Below, in pieces: positions 1 through 9,340 of a stretch of 64,000 nt of DNA; the first letter of the stretch is position 1; each line of letters begins with the position of its first letter. Source of the stretch: Aureliella sp. (GTDB lineage: Bacteria > Planctomycetota > Planctomycetia > Pirellulales > Pirellulaceae); the NCBI GenBank assembly GCA_963691875.1, contig OY829846.1, positions 1,952,001-2,016,000 of the forward strand, written 5' to 3'. The notes below the pieces were generated by a model. That model saw nothing but the letters and a program-made list of their open reading frames with translations, had not been told where the DNA came from and did no database searches. The position numbers and the translations under genes are program-made.

Positions 1-128
1 GATTTGCAAGCAGTAGCACCCGCCCCCTAGGTACCTTACGAAAGTTCGCCAATTTCAACTGATTACTCCTTACAGCTGCCAGTCTGCTAGTTCTTAAAGT
101 TACTGCTATCTGGTGGCCGGTCGAAATT

Positions 129-844
129 ATGCTCACGGCATGCATTAGTCTGCTTTTGCTTGCTCTGTGGGCGCTCAACAGAAACCTTACTCCGCTTCAG
201 TTGAGCAGTCGCACCGAACAGAATAATAACGGTGACGAAGATGAGTTTGCAAGTTTGCGTGATGAAGTACGACAGCGTGACGTGACTTTGCACGCCGTGC
301 TGGACAGCATCAATTTAGGCATTGTCGCTATCGATACCGAAGGCAAGTTCACTTGTTTCAATCATTGGACAAGAGAGATTTTCAGTCGAGGAGCGATAGC
401 AGACTTAAAACCGTTTCGGTGGCCTGAAAACTACCCGATGCGCTACGCTCTCGAAAACTCGCCCGTGGCAGCAGATGATTACCCGCTACTCCGCGCCATG
501 CAAGAAGAATTCGCTTCAGACTGGGAATCATTGTCGAGCGAGACGGGCACAATCACGGTTCGGCTCTTACTCGAAAACGAGCTGCAAGGTCTTGAGATCA
601 CTGACACAGGCTTAGGCATCGACCAGGAGACCTACAGAAGCTATTCGCTCATGGTTACACAACTCGAGAATCCTGATACGGATTCGGTCTTCACAGCTGC
701 GCGAACCTTGCCAAGGAAATAAGAGGAGCGTTAAGCGCGCCGAGCCCAGGCAAGGGGGCGACGTGCAAGCTGCAATCGCCCTTGGCAGTCACAGGCCCAA
801 CCGAAGACCAAGAAGCTGAGGAAGCTTTCGTCCCCCGGAGATAA
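129..844 (+). pseudogene. Decayed PAS-domain sensor histidine kinase
   Basis: ORF 129-722 has a TM helix, a PAS-like segment (AVLDSINLGIVAIDTEGKFTCFN) and a HATPase G1 box (EITDTGLGID). After an apparent 1-nt deletion near 632, another frame continues KLFAHGYTTRES*YGFGLHSCANLAKEIRGAL...SPGKGATC to TAA at 842-844, with TGA at 674-676 where Gly is expected. No HisKA domain is present. Confidence 0.8.
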
Positions 845-1124
845 GCACTTACATGACTAACAGACATGACTCCCCGAGCCTTATTGGTATTGACGAATGG
901 CAATTACATTGCACTCTCCGGCGTAGGCGGTTGCATACCGTACGTTTTACTTTGTATCACACGTGCCAATGAGCAGCTTTTGCAAACTTATTACATAAAC
1001 ACGCACTCACTAATACCGTATCCCATCTGCAACCTAAGCTCGATTATGCCATGGCTTGCATCCCCCAACGATTGCTCTTGGTTTGTGCAAAACCTTGCCT
1101 ACTGAGTCCAAAGGTAGAATTACG

Positions 1125-2948
1125 ATGACTGAAAAACTAACTAGTCGTATCTTGATTGTCGACGACAACGAAGCGATCCACGAAGACTTTCACAAGATAT
1201 TGAAGTCGCGTGAGACCAAATCGCGTGCTGTCCAAGATGCATTTTTTGGTGACACGCTCGGAACCCCCTCCGATAGCCTGACCACCGACTTCGAGCTGGA
1301 ATCTGCATTGCAAGGCGAACTTGGCTTACAGGCTTTGCTCAAGGCTCAGGAAGAAGGCCGCCCATTTGACCTCGCCTTTGTCGATATGCGCATGCCACCT
1401 GGGTGGGACGGTGTCGAAACAATCCGTCGCCTTTGGGGAGCAGATCCAAGTTTGGAGATTGTCATCTGCAGCGCGTATTCGGACTACTCTTGGCACGAGA
1501 TCACAGACGAACTCGGTGTATCGGACCGTCTTCTCATTTTGAAGAAACCTTTTGACAACGTAGAGATCTTGCAGATTGCGGCTTCGCTCAGCACAAAACG
1601 CCGTCTTGCGCGCGAAAATGCTGAATACCAAAAGAACCTGGAGCAGAAGGTAGAAGAAAAGACTCAGGAACTACGCAGTGCGATGCACCGCCTGCAAGCG
1701 TCCAAGCAGTTTCTACAGAGCTCAATGGACTCATTAGACACGCAACTCGCAATCCTTAATTCCAGCGGTGAGATTCTGTTCCAGAACCTCGGCTGGGCCA
1801 TTGGACGTACACCATTGGTTGCAGAGGGGTGTTGTGAAGGCGAAAACTACCTGGAGTTTTGCTCCAAAGTTGAGGGCAGTTTTTCTGAAGTGGCGGAAAA
1901 CCTCGCAAACGCAATTCGTAAGGTCAGTGTCGGCGCGCTCGATCAGTACTTGAACGAATATACGCTCGACAACGGAAATGAGACGCCCTGGTATATGACT
2001 CGCGTCGTTCCGTTTCGGGACGACAGTCAACAACGCGTCGTCGTTCTCCACGAAAACATCACCGAGCACAAATTGCTGCAGAATCAATTGAGTTCAGCAA
2101 AGAGACTGGAGTCCATCGGACAGTTGACTGTGGAAATTGTAAATGAGATCAACGAACCAGTTCAAAATGTCGAGCGGAATCTAGACTCGCTGGCCGTTCA
2201 GAACGCCCAGTTGCTCGATTACATTGATCTCGCGCTCACGTTAGTCAGTGAAAGCCAGGAGCAGGGATTCGCTCCGGAAATCACAGAGAAGCTTTCGGCA
2301 TTGAGCCAGGAAAGACAACTTCAATTGATACGAGCAGATATTCCCGCAACAATTCGCGAATCGCAAGACGGCATCCGCCAGGTCACCGAGGTCGTTGGAG
2401 CAATGAGCGAACTGTCCCTTGTATCCAGTGAGGGCCTCCAACTCGTCGACCTCAATCGAGTACTTGAGACGACGAAAGCAGTTTCAGCTAGCCATTGGAA
2501 AGAGTTCGCAACATGTGACTTGGAACTGGCCCCCAAGGTAGATGCTGTAGATGGTTTTCAGGCGGAGCTACATAACGTGTTTCTCAACATAATTCGCAAT
2601 GCGGCTCAATCGATCGAGAAGAAATTTGGAACCGCAAGCAATGAAGGACGAATCACTCTTCGCACGAAACAAGAGCAAGGTTTTGTTCGTGTGGAAATCG
2701 AAGACAACGGCGTTGGTATCCCTGACGAACACGAAGATCATATCTCTAAAACTTTCGATAAAACGAAAGAAATCGGACAAGGCAACGGACAAGGCCTCTC
2801 CATTGCTTACCAAACCATCGTGGAAAAGATGGGAGGCCGCATCGAATTCGAATCTTCGGTTGGATGGGGTACAAAGTTCATCACCGATCTGCCAGCAACC
2901 AGCGCCAACTACCCCTTGGTAGACTGCGAAGTCAGTCTGAATGGCTAG
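1125..2948 (+). CDS. Hybrid response regulator/sensor kinase (REC-PAS-HisKA-like-HATPase), H-box His replaced
   Basis: REC motifs ILIVDDN, FVDMRMP and LKKP; PAS-like middle; LESIGQL...NEINEP; N box NIIRNAAQ; G1 EDNGVGI; G2 GQGNGQGL. Start chosen at ATG 1125. Confidence 0.85.
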   Translation: MTEKLTSRILIVDDNEAIHEDFHKILKSRETKSRAVQDAFFGDTLGTPSDSLTTDFELESALQGELGLQALLKAQEEGRPFDLAFVDMRMPPGWDGVETIRRLWGADPSLEIVICSAYSDYSWHEITDELGVSDRLLILKKPFDNVEILQIAASLSTKRRLARENAEYQKNLEQKVEEKTQELRSAMHRLQASKQFLQSSMDSLDTQLAILNSSGEILFQNLGWAIGRTPLVAEGCCEGENYLEFCSKVEGSFSEVAENLANAIRKVSVGALDQYLNEYTLDNGNETPWYMTRVVPFRDDSQQRVVVLHENITEHKLLQNQLSSAKRLESIGQLTVEIVNEINEPVQNVERNLDSLAVQNAQLLDYIDLALTLVSESQEQGFAPEITEKLSALSQERQLQLIRADIPATIRESQDGIRQVTEVVGAMSELSLVSSEGLQLVDLNRVLETTKAVSASHWKEFATCDLELAPKVDAVDGFQAELHNVFLNIIRNAAQSIEKKFGTASNEGRITLRTKQEQGFVRVEIEDNGVGIPDEHEDHISKTFDKTKEIGQGNGQGLSIAYQTIVEKMGGRIEFESSVGWGTKFITDLPATSANYPLVDCEVSLNG

Positions 2949-3156
2949 CATCAGATCAATCCGGAAGGAAGCTTTAGCACGTATCCTCACTTCTAGTTGG
3001 AAGCGTGCGCTGGGCTGCCCTCTCTTCCCTACATTTCGTCTTGCTTCGCTTGCAAGTACGCTCGCGTTTCCACTTCCTCCCCTAGATCGACTTGCGGCGC
3101 CAGCAGTTTTCGCTCCAATCAAATGGATTGCGTCATCATGACAATGCGGAGCAATT

Positions 3157-4410
3157 ATGGCAAAGAAGATTTACGCGCTGGCCACGTTGGATACCAAAGG
3201 CTCAGAGCTTGAGTTTCTCGTTTCTCAATTGAAGCAAGCGATTGCGAAGGCTGGTGCAGCCAACCATTTTGAGATCCAAGTCGTAGATGTCAGCACATTG
3301 AATCCGACTGACTCAACCGACATCAGCACGGCTGAAATCTTGCGAGGCACCGAACTTCCCACGCACGATCGTGGCTCTGCCATTGCTACGATGGCTACGG
3401 CTTTGAAAGACTGGATCCTCTTTCAACCAAAAAGAAACGACTTGGCTGGCATGGTCGGAATTGGTGGCAGCGGCGGTACGGCTCTTATCACTGCAGCCAT
3501 GCGAGCACTGCCCATCGGTATCCCTAAAGTGATGCTCTCCACAATGGCAAGCGGCAACACCGCACCTTACGTTGACTGCTCCGACATCACGATGCTGTAC
3601 TCCGTAGTTGATGTCGCTGGTTTGAACGTGGTATCACGTAAAGTGCTGAGTAATGCTGCCAACGCTTTAGCAGGTATGGTGCTCGGGCAACAACAGGAAT
3701 CTGCGGAACCAAGTAGACCGACACTAGGCATGACGATGTTCGGCGTCACCACTCCTTGCGTAACGCGGGTTCGTAAACGAATGGAAAACCTTGGTTTCGA
3801 CTGCCTCGTGTTCCACGCCACCGGATCGGGAGGGCGCGCAATGGAGAAACTGGTCGATTCAGGAATGATACAAGGCGTGATCGACGTTACCACCACAGAA
3901 GTTGCCGACGAGATCGCAGGAGGAATAATGCCTGCAGGAGAGCAACGGTTTGAAGCAACTTTGAAAGCCGAGATCCCATTCGTGCTCAGCTTGGGCGCGC
4001 TAGATATGGTCAACTTTGGCAGCGTGGAATCTGTCCCAGGAGAATATCAATCGCGACAACTGTTGAGCCACAACCCTCAGGTCACATTGATGCGAACGAA
4101 TGTAGAAGAAAATCATGCGATCGCGCGTTGGATAACGCAAAAGCTAAATCAGTCGACAGCGCCAGTTACTGTTTGCGTTCCAGAAGGCGGGCTATCATCA
4201 CTCGATGTTCACCATCAACCGTTCTACTCTGCAGAAATTCGAACTTCGCTAGTACGGGAGCTCGACAAGACCCTAAGTCAAAACTCTTCGCGACGGTTGC
4301 TACGACACCCAGATCATATTAACTCAACCGCTTTCGCAGACTTGCTGGCCGACACTTTTGTCACAGCATGGAAGTCAAAGCACGGTACCGTCCCTCACGT
4401 CAGTCATTAG
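3157..4410 (+). CDS. UPF0261 / Tm-1-like ATP-binding domain protein
   Basis: [53 protein letters not shown] and GALDMVNFG are typical of this family. Confidence 0.9.
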   Translation: MAKKIYALATLDTKGSELEFLVSQLKQAIAKAGAANHFEIQVVDVSTLNPTDSTDISTAEILRGTELPTHDRGSAIATMATALKDWILFQPKRNDLAGMVGIGGSGGTALITAAMRALPIGIPKVMLSTMASGNTAPYVDCSDITMLYSVVDVAGLNVVSRKVLSNAANALAGMVLGQQQESAEPSRPTLGMTMFGVTTPCVTRVRKRMENLGFDCLVFHATGSGGRAMEKLVDSGMIQGVIDVTTTEVADEIAGGIMPAGEQRFEATLKAEIPFVLSLGALDMVNFGSVESVPGEYQSRQLLSHNPQVTLMRTNVEENHAIARWITQKLNQSTAPVTVCVPEGGLSSLDVHHQPFYSAEIRTSLVRELDKTLSQNSSRRLLRHPDHINSTAFADLLADTFVTAWKSKHGTVPHVSH

Positions 4411-4444
4411 TCTGCCACAACGTTCAAGCCCGCATTTTCAAACC

Positions 4445-5278
4445 ATGACTAGCACTAGAACTTCTATCATCGATGACCTGACTCGCAAAGTTGAATCTGG
4501 GCTGCCCATTATCGGCGGTGGCGCAGGAACCGGTATCAGTGCGAAATGCGAAGAAGCTGGCGGTATTGATCTGATCGTAATTTACAATTCTGGTCGGTTT
4601 CGGATGGCCGGACGAGGGTCTCTTGCGGGCTTGATGCCCTACGGAAATGCGAACCAGATCGTAAAAGAGATGGGTTACGAAGTTCTGACTGCTGTAGAAC
4701 AAACACCGGTGCTCGCTGGAGTTTGCGGAACCGATCCATTCATGCTCCGCGATTGTTTTTTGCGAGAACTTAAGGAAATGGGCTTCGCGGGCATTCAGAA
4801 TTTCCCGACGGTTGGATTGATCGATGGAGTCTTTCGAGAAAACCTCGAAGAAACGGGAATGGGTTTTGCCAAGGAGATCGAGTGCATCGCCGCGGCTCAT
4901 TCGCTCGATATGCTAACGACTCCGTACGCTTTCGACGCCGAACAAGCAAAGCTACTGACCAAAGCTGGCGCGGACATTATTGTGGCGCACATGGGGCTGA
5001 CAACTAGCGGATCGATTGGAGCTAAGACCGCGTTGTCTCTAGTGGATTGCGTTCCAAGAGTTCAGGCTATTGCCGACGCAGCAAAATCGACTCGCAGCGA
5101 CGTACTTGTTCTATGCCACGGCGGCCCCATCGCAATGCCCGAGGATGCGCAGTTCGTGCTCGATCGGGTTCATGGCATCGACGGATTCTATGGAGCAAGT
5201 TCCATGGAGCGATTGCCGACTGAAATTGCCCTGACCGACCAAGTACGACGTTTCACTGACATCCGCCGCACACATTGA
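4445..5278 (+). CDS. PEP-hydrolase-family TIM-barrel signal transduction protein
   Basis: [52 protein letters not shown] and [12 protein letters not shown]. This is the usual partner of UPF0261. Confidence 0.9.
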   Translation: MTSTRTSIIDDLTRKVESGLPIIGGGAGTGISAKCEEAGGIDLIVIYNSGRFRMAGRGSLAGLMPYGNANQIVKEMGYEVLTAVEQTPVLAGVCGTDPFMLRDCFLRELKEMGFAGIQNFPTVGLIDGVFRENLEETGMGFAKEIECIAAAHSLDMLTTPYAFDAEQAKLLTKAGADIIVAHMGLTTSGSIGAKTALSLVDCVPRVQAIADAAKSTRSDVLVLCHGGPIAMPEDAQFVLDRVHGIDGFYGASSMERLPTEIALTDQVRRFTDIRRTH

Positions 5279-5367
5279 ACGGCAACGACAGGTGATCCGC
5301 TGGTCTGGCCGCGATCCATCCAGCTCACCCGCGAAACGGCTCACGGCTCACTTAGATCAACAGCCTA

Positions 5368-5865
5368 CTAGCGGTTGAACTTGGCCATCTGAGCCGACGC
5401 CTTCGCGACAATCTCGCTGATATCAACTTGCTTGGCATCTGCCCAAAGCGTTTCCAAGTCGTAGAACTCGCGAGTCTCTTCGTCAAACAAGTGCACGACG
5501 ATGCTGCCAAAGTCCATGACGATCCAGCGACTCTCTTCGTAGCCCGCGATACTCATTCGACGCTCGCCGAATTCATTCTTCATCGCCACGTCGATTTCAC
5601 TACTCATCGCCGAAAGCTGCCTGCGACTAGATCCAGACGCAATCACAAAGAAATCGAAAAGCGCCGTTTGACCAGTCACATCCAACAGCATAATATCTTG
5701 GCCGCGATTCTCAGCAGCGGCTTTGACGACGGATTGAGCCAAACGCAACGAGTACTCAACCTGCTCTGAGGGCACTCGACTTGCCATCCGTTCAGATTGC
5801 GGCAAGGGGGCTGCAGGTGGCTTCAGGAGCTTTTCGCGGTTCGGGTCCTGATTCGGTTGACTCAT
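5368..5865 (-). CDS. rsfS: Ribosome silencing factor RsfS (Iojap)
   Basis: DIMLLDV...FDFFVIASGSSRRQL...WIVMDFGSIVVHLFDEETREFYDLETLW. Confidence 0.92.
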   Translation of the reverse strand: MSQPNQDPNREKLLKPPAAPLPQSERMASRVPSEQVEYSLRLAQSVVKAAAENRGQDIMLLDVTGQTALFDFFVIASGSSRRQLSAMSSEIDVAMKNEFGERRMSIAGYEESRWIVMDFGSIVVHLFDEETREFYDLETLWADAKQVDISEIVAKASAQMAKFNR

Positions 5866-6194
5866 GGGAAATCGGCAAAAATACAATGGCATTGTGCGGT
5901 CCGGTGCCACACTTCTGTACTGGAGACGGAATTATACCGGAATTGTTGACCTTCGAAACGCTAAACCAGAGGTACAAGGGCGAATCCGAGATCCATTCCG
6001 TAAAGCTCCATCTTCTAGCCTCCTGAGCTTTCAACCCCGGCAAGAGGATTTCTTAGTTCGTCCAGACGACACCGTCTTCAGCTGACTTTGCAGATGCATT
6101 CTGTTCGGCGTGCATTTCACTTCCAGTCTCTGGACGAGAGACTTTGTCCAGCGTAGGATTCCCAGACCCCATACGCAAAGAACGAGACAGCACG

Positions 6195-6509
6195 ATGCCA
6201 GAAGAACCAATCATTCCAGTTCAACTTGTCAAAGTGATGCACGAGGCCGAAGCAGGACTCATCATCAGTACCTTGGCCAGCCATGGGATCGAAGCCCAAT
6301 CCACCGGCGACTACACCTCCGGGCTGCGAGCAGAAGCACCAACAATGATCCAAGTTTGGGTGAATCGAGTCGATTTGATAGAGGCTAGACAAATTCTGGC
6401 TACGATTAAAGAAGATTCTTCACAGATCGACTGGGGCGAAGTGGATACTGGCGATCGAACGGAATTGACTTCAGATGAAATTCAGGCGAACCAAGATACA
6501 GAGTCCTAG
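6195..6509 (+). CDS. DUF2007-like putative signal-transducing protein
   Basis: EAEAGLIISTLASHGIEA...IQVWVNRVDLIEARQIL pattern. Confidence 0.7.
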   Translation: MPEEPIIPVQLVKVMHEAEAGLIISTLASHGIEAQSTGDYTSGLRAEAPTMIQVWVNRVDLIEARQILATIKEDSSQIDWGEVDTGDRTELTSDEIQANQDTES

Positions 6510-6537
6510 CGAACTGGCGTCTACTGCAGACTTCAGC

Positions 6538-7254
6538 TTAGAAGCGAATGTTGCTCGGGCTATTCTTCTTTTTCGCGTCTTCTTTCTTCTTCGCTAAGAT
6601 CTTCTCGTACCGAGCCACAATGTCTGGCGTCAGTGAATCCATCGCCATGCGATAGTAAACGCGAGCTGAAACGATTCGACCAGCCTTCTCTGCCTTCTGC
6701 CCCTCTTCGATATAGTAACGAACATCATCCTCGCGAAGCGACTTGACTGCAGCAGGTTGAAATCCCAACTTGTGTCCAACCAACGCTCGCGTGTAGGCGT
6801 TGGAATCAGTCGCCGTGATACCAGTCGGCAAGTCGTTTGGCTGACCAACCGAAAGAATCTTACGTGGAGCTCCCACGATTCGAGGAGCCATTGTCAAAGG
6901 TTGCTTGGGAGCGAGTGGCCCAGCATTAATCTTCGGTGCAGTCTCAGGTTTATCCGAAATGGGTGCGTTGAGAAGTGCTTCGTCCAGAGCGTTGAGATCA
7001 ATGATAGTCACACTAACGCTCATCGACCGCCCGCCAAGACTGTTTCCCGCAGTGCGTCGACCGAACGGGCCAAAGCCACGTGAGACGCTCGAACTCTGAC
7101 GACCGAGATTGCCGCCCAAAACGGCCGTGCCACCATCGGGAACCAAAGCAGATCCGGCGTATCCAAAGTTGCGAACAACAGGCTGCTGGACAACTTGTGC
7201 TTGGGCTTCAGCCGCAATCAAACTCAGAGCTAGAAGAACCGCAACAAACCGCAT
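6538..7254 (-). CDS. Secreted hypothetical protein with a secretin-C-like VPDGGT motif and a C-terminal helical/TPR-like segment
   Basis: Signal peptide (MRFVAVLLALSLIAAEAQA), then VQQPVVRNFGYAGSALVPDGGTAVLGG. Confidence 0.65.
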   Translation of the reverse strand: MRFVAVLLALSLIAAEAQAQVVQQPVVRNFGYAGSALVPDGGTAVLGGNLGRQSSSVSRGFGPFGRRTAGNSLGGRSMSVSVTIIDLNALDEALLNAPISDKPETAPKINAGPLAPKQPLTMAPRIVGAPRKILSVGQPNDLPTGITATDSNAYTRALVGHKLGFQPAAVKSLREDDVRYYIEEGQKAEKAGRIVSARVYYRMAMDSLTPDIVARYEKILAKKKEDAKKKNSPSNIRF

Positions 7255-7473
7255 CTCAAATACCTTTATTTCTTACAGGACTGCCGTAAGTCAGCTGATA
7301 TTATAGATTGCCAATGACTTACTCGCGACGGAAATCTGCTCGCGAACTCTCTTTCCGGCCCCAGAATCTGGCCTTCAGTACTCAGATTGCCACCCGATCG
7401 CAAATCCGGACAGCCGCCAACGAGCAGGGCAGCGCATAAACTTGTCCGGTATTTTGTATTACCTCGCCGATCC

Positions 7474-8565
7474 TCACCGAGGAAAGAAATCTTCTGGTTC
7501 AACTTCGATGAAATCGTCCTCTGAAGTCGGAACACCGCCCGATTCCTCGATCTCCTCCATCTCAAGCGGCTCGTCCGAGGTTTTGGGGCCAGGAAGAGCC
7601 AACATCCTGTGTTGCGGCAAAGGATCTGCTTGATAAGGATTGTGCTTCCGCGTCCAGCGGCGGAACCAGGTGAAATCCTCGGGCTTCGTAAAAGCCAGCA
7701 AGCCCAGCATCATGATCCACTGAAACAAAAAGAGGTGCATCGAGTACTCCATACTCAGATGTAAGATAATGCCTAACACAATGCCCGCGCAGCGTGTCCG
7801 GGAAAAGAAGAGCAGAAAAGGCAAACAGGCTTCGACGACCATAGCTCCCCAAGTGGTGAGACGAATCAGCCATTCCGTTTCCATTAGAAAAGCCGGCAGC
7901 GGGCCACGTCCAAAGTTGTCGTGCATTTGATAGACGTAATAGACCGCTGAGCCGTCTTGCCAAGTCGGACTCAACATCTTGGAGCAGGCGGCTGAAAGGT
8001 AGATGATCGCCATCTGGATTTGAACCAGTCGAATCGGCCAAGCTGCCTCACTACACCTGGGAATTCTAGAGGCGACGGGCTCAAGAAGACGCGTCACCGA
8101 GTAGCATCGATCGAGTGGCATCCAAATCAGAAAAAAAGCGAACAATCTGAAAACGGAATCTTCGCCATCACCAATGAGCGAATTTCGATTTTGAAAACTT
8201 ACCAACCAAAAAAAGATAAAAGCTGCTTGCAACTGCCCAAAGCACCCGAGCGTCAATAGGACTGCGTTGAGGAGCATGATCGTCAAACAAATGGTGATAA
8301 AACCTGGATTCGGCTCAACCCAAAAGAATATCGACCACATTGTCGCTGGCTGATTGGCGGTGATCGTCTCAACTGAAACAACGCCTTGATTTGAGAACCA
8401 GAAATGTGCGTCTCGCAACCACACGAGTCCGTAGACCAAGACGAGTAAGCCGAACCCGACTCTCAGCAACGCGCAAGTTTGCAGAGCACATCCATCAAAC
8501 AGCCATGCCTCAAAGAAGGCACTCCAACTTCTTTTCTCCTTCACGGTAGCTTGGCCCTCGGCCAA
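7474..8565 (-). CDS. HTTM-domain membrane protein (vitamin K-dependent gamma-carboxylase / SdpB-like)
   Basis: Multiple TM helices with QNRNSLIGDGED, WPIRLVQIQMAIIYL, SKMLSPTWQDGSA and LHLSM; acidic C-terminal tail. Confidence 0.8.
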   Translation of the reverse strand: MAEGQATVKEKRSWSAFFEAWLFDGCALQTCALLRVGFGLLVLVYGLVWLRDAHFWFSNQGVVSVETITANQPATMWSIFFWVEPNPGFITICLTIMLLNAVLLTLGCFGQLQAAFIFFWLVSFQNRNSLIGDGEDSVFRLFAFFLIWMPLDRCYSVTRLLEPVASRIPRCSEAAWPIRLVQIQMAIIYLSAACSKMLSPTWQDGSAVYYVYQMHDNFGRGPLPAFLMETEWLIRLTTWGAMVVEACLPFLLFFSRTRCAGIVLGIILHLSMEYSMHLFLFQWIMMLGLLAFTKPEDFTWFRRWTRKHNPYQADPLPQHRMLALPGPKTSDEPLEMEEIEESGGVPTSEDDFIEVEPEDFFPR

Positions 8566-9149
8566 GTGATCGGAGGTGGCTCTGCCAGTGCCTCCAAGTC
8601 GACGTCAGCCCACGGATCATACAGTTGCCGACTTTCTGTCACCCAGACGAATTCGTCAGGATCGAGGATTTCACCTTTGGCGGGTAAGGTTAACTCAAGA
8701 TTGTTTGCAAACAGCTCTACCTTCAACTCACCTGTTAATTCCGTCTCACGCTGTGCGGCCATGTAATTCGCGAAATCCGCTGCGGCCTCGCGGTGCAATG
8801 GCGAACACATGCGAATGTAGTAATTCATATGCCTAAACTGCACAAACTTTTGCACCCCGGATACTTCTTGCCAGTACGGCGAGTTCCAGGTGTCTCGCTT
8901 TATCCCCTGTTCGTCATAGAAATCAGCGGACAGCCACAAGTACTTCACCGAGGGCTTGGCATACATGGACCAGGGTCCTTGCCAGATTCCAAGTATCTGC
9001 CCCGTACGAATCTGAACACTCCGAAGCGGCCCCTTGGGCGCAATCGGATCCGGAAGCGCATCAATGCCTGAGACTAGCAAGAAGGCAGGAACAGCGCACA
9101 GGATGGCTCGCCGTTTCCAGATTCGAAACTTGTCCTGCTCTTGGTCCAT
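8541..9149 (-). CDS. Membrane-anchored partner of the HTTM protein (DUF5819/SdpA-like)
   Basis: One N-terminal TM helix and GIWQGPWSMYAKP (a Q-x-W-x-[MLF]-[FY]-A-x-P-like motif). Overlaps the HTTM gene. Confidence 0.6.
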   Translation of the reverse strand: MDQEQDKFRIWKRRAILCAVPAFLLVSGIDALPDPIAPKGPLRSVQIRTGQILGIWQGPWSMYAKPSVKYLWLSADFYDEQGIKRDTWNSPYWQEVSGVQKFVQFRHMNYYIRMCSPLHREAAADFANYMAAQRETELTGELKVELFANNLELTLPAKGEILDPDEFVWVTESRQLYDPWADVDLEALAEPPPITWPRAKLP

Positions 9150-9340
9150 CGAAAAAGTTTACGTCCAAAAAGGTAGCCTACTTCAAGTCAGAAAATCCTA
9201 CGTGATTCCGACAGCGTATTCCGACTCTGAAGCGTAGTGTCTGAAACAACTCGCCCCTTAAGCGGGCTTTGGTCGACCTTAAAGGATTGTAGCGATTAGA
9301 AAGCAGCTTGGCGCGGTCGACACTTCTCGTCACTGGCCGG

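Noticed and set aside
674..676. TGA as selenocysteine or recoding (also 46778-46780)
   Set aside because: The TGA at 674 falls at a Gly position, and both TGAs co-occur with frameshifts and truncation. Many intact genes here stop at TGA.
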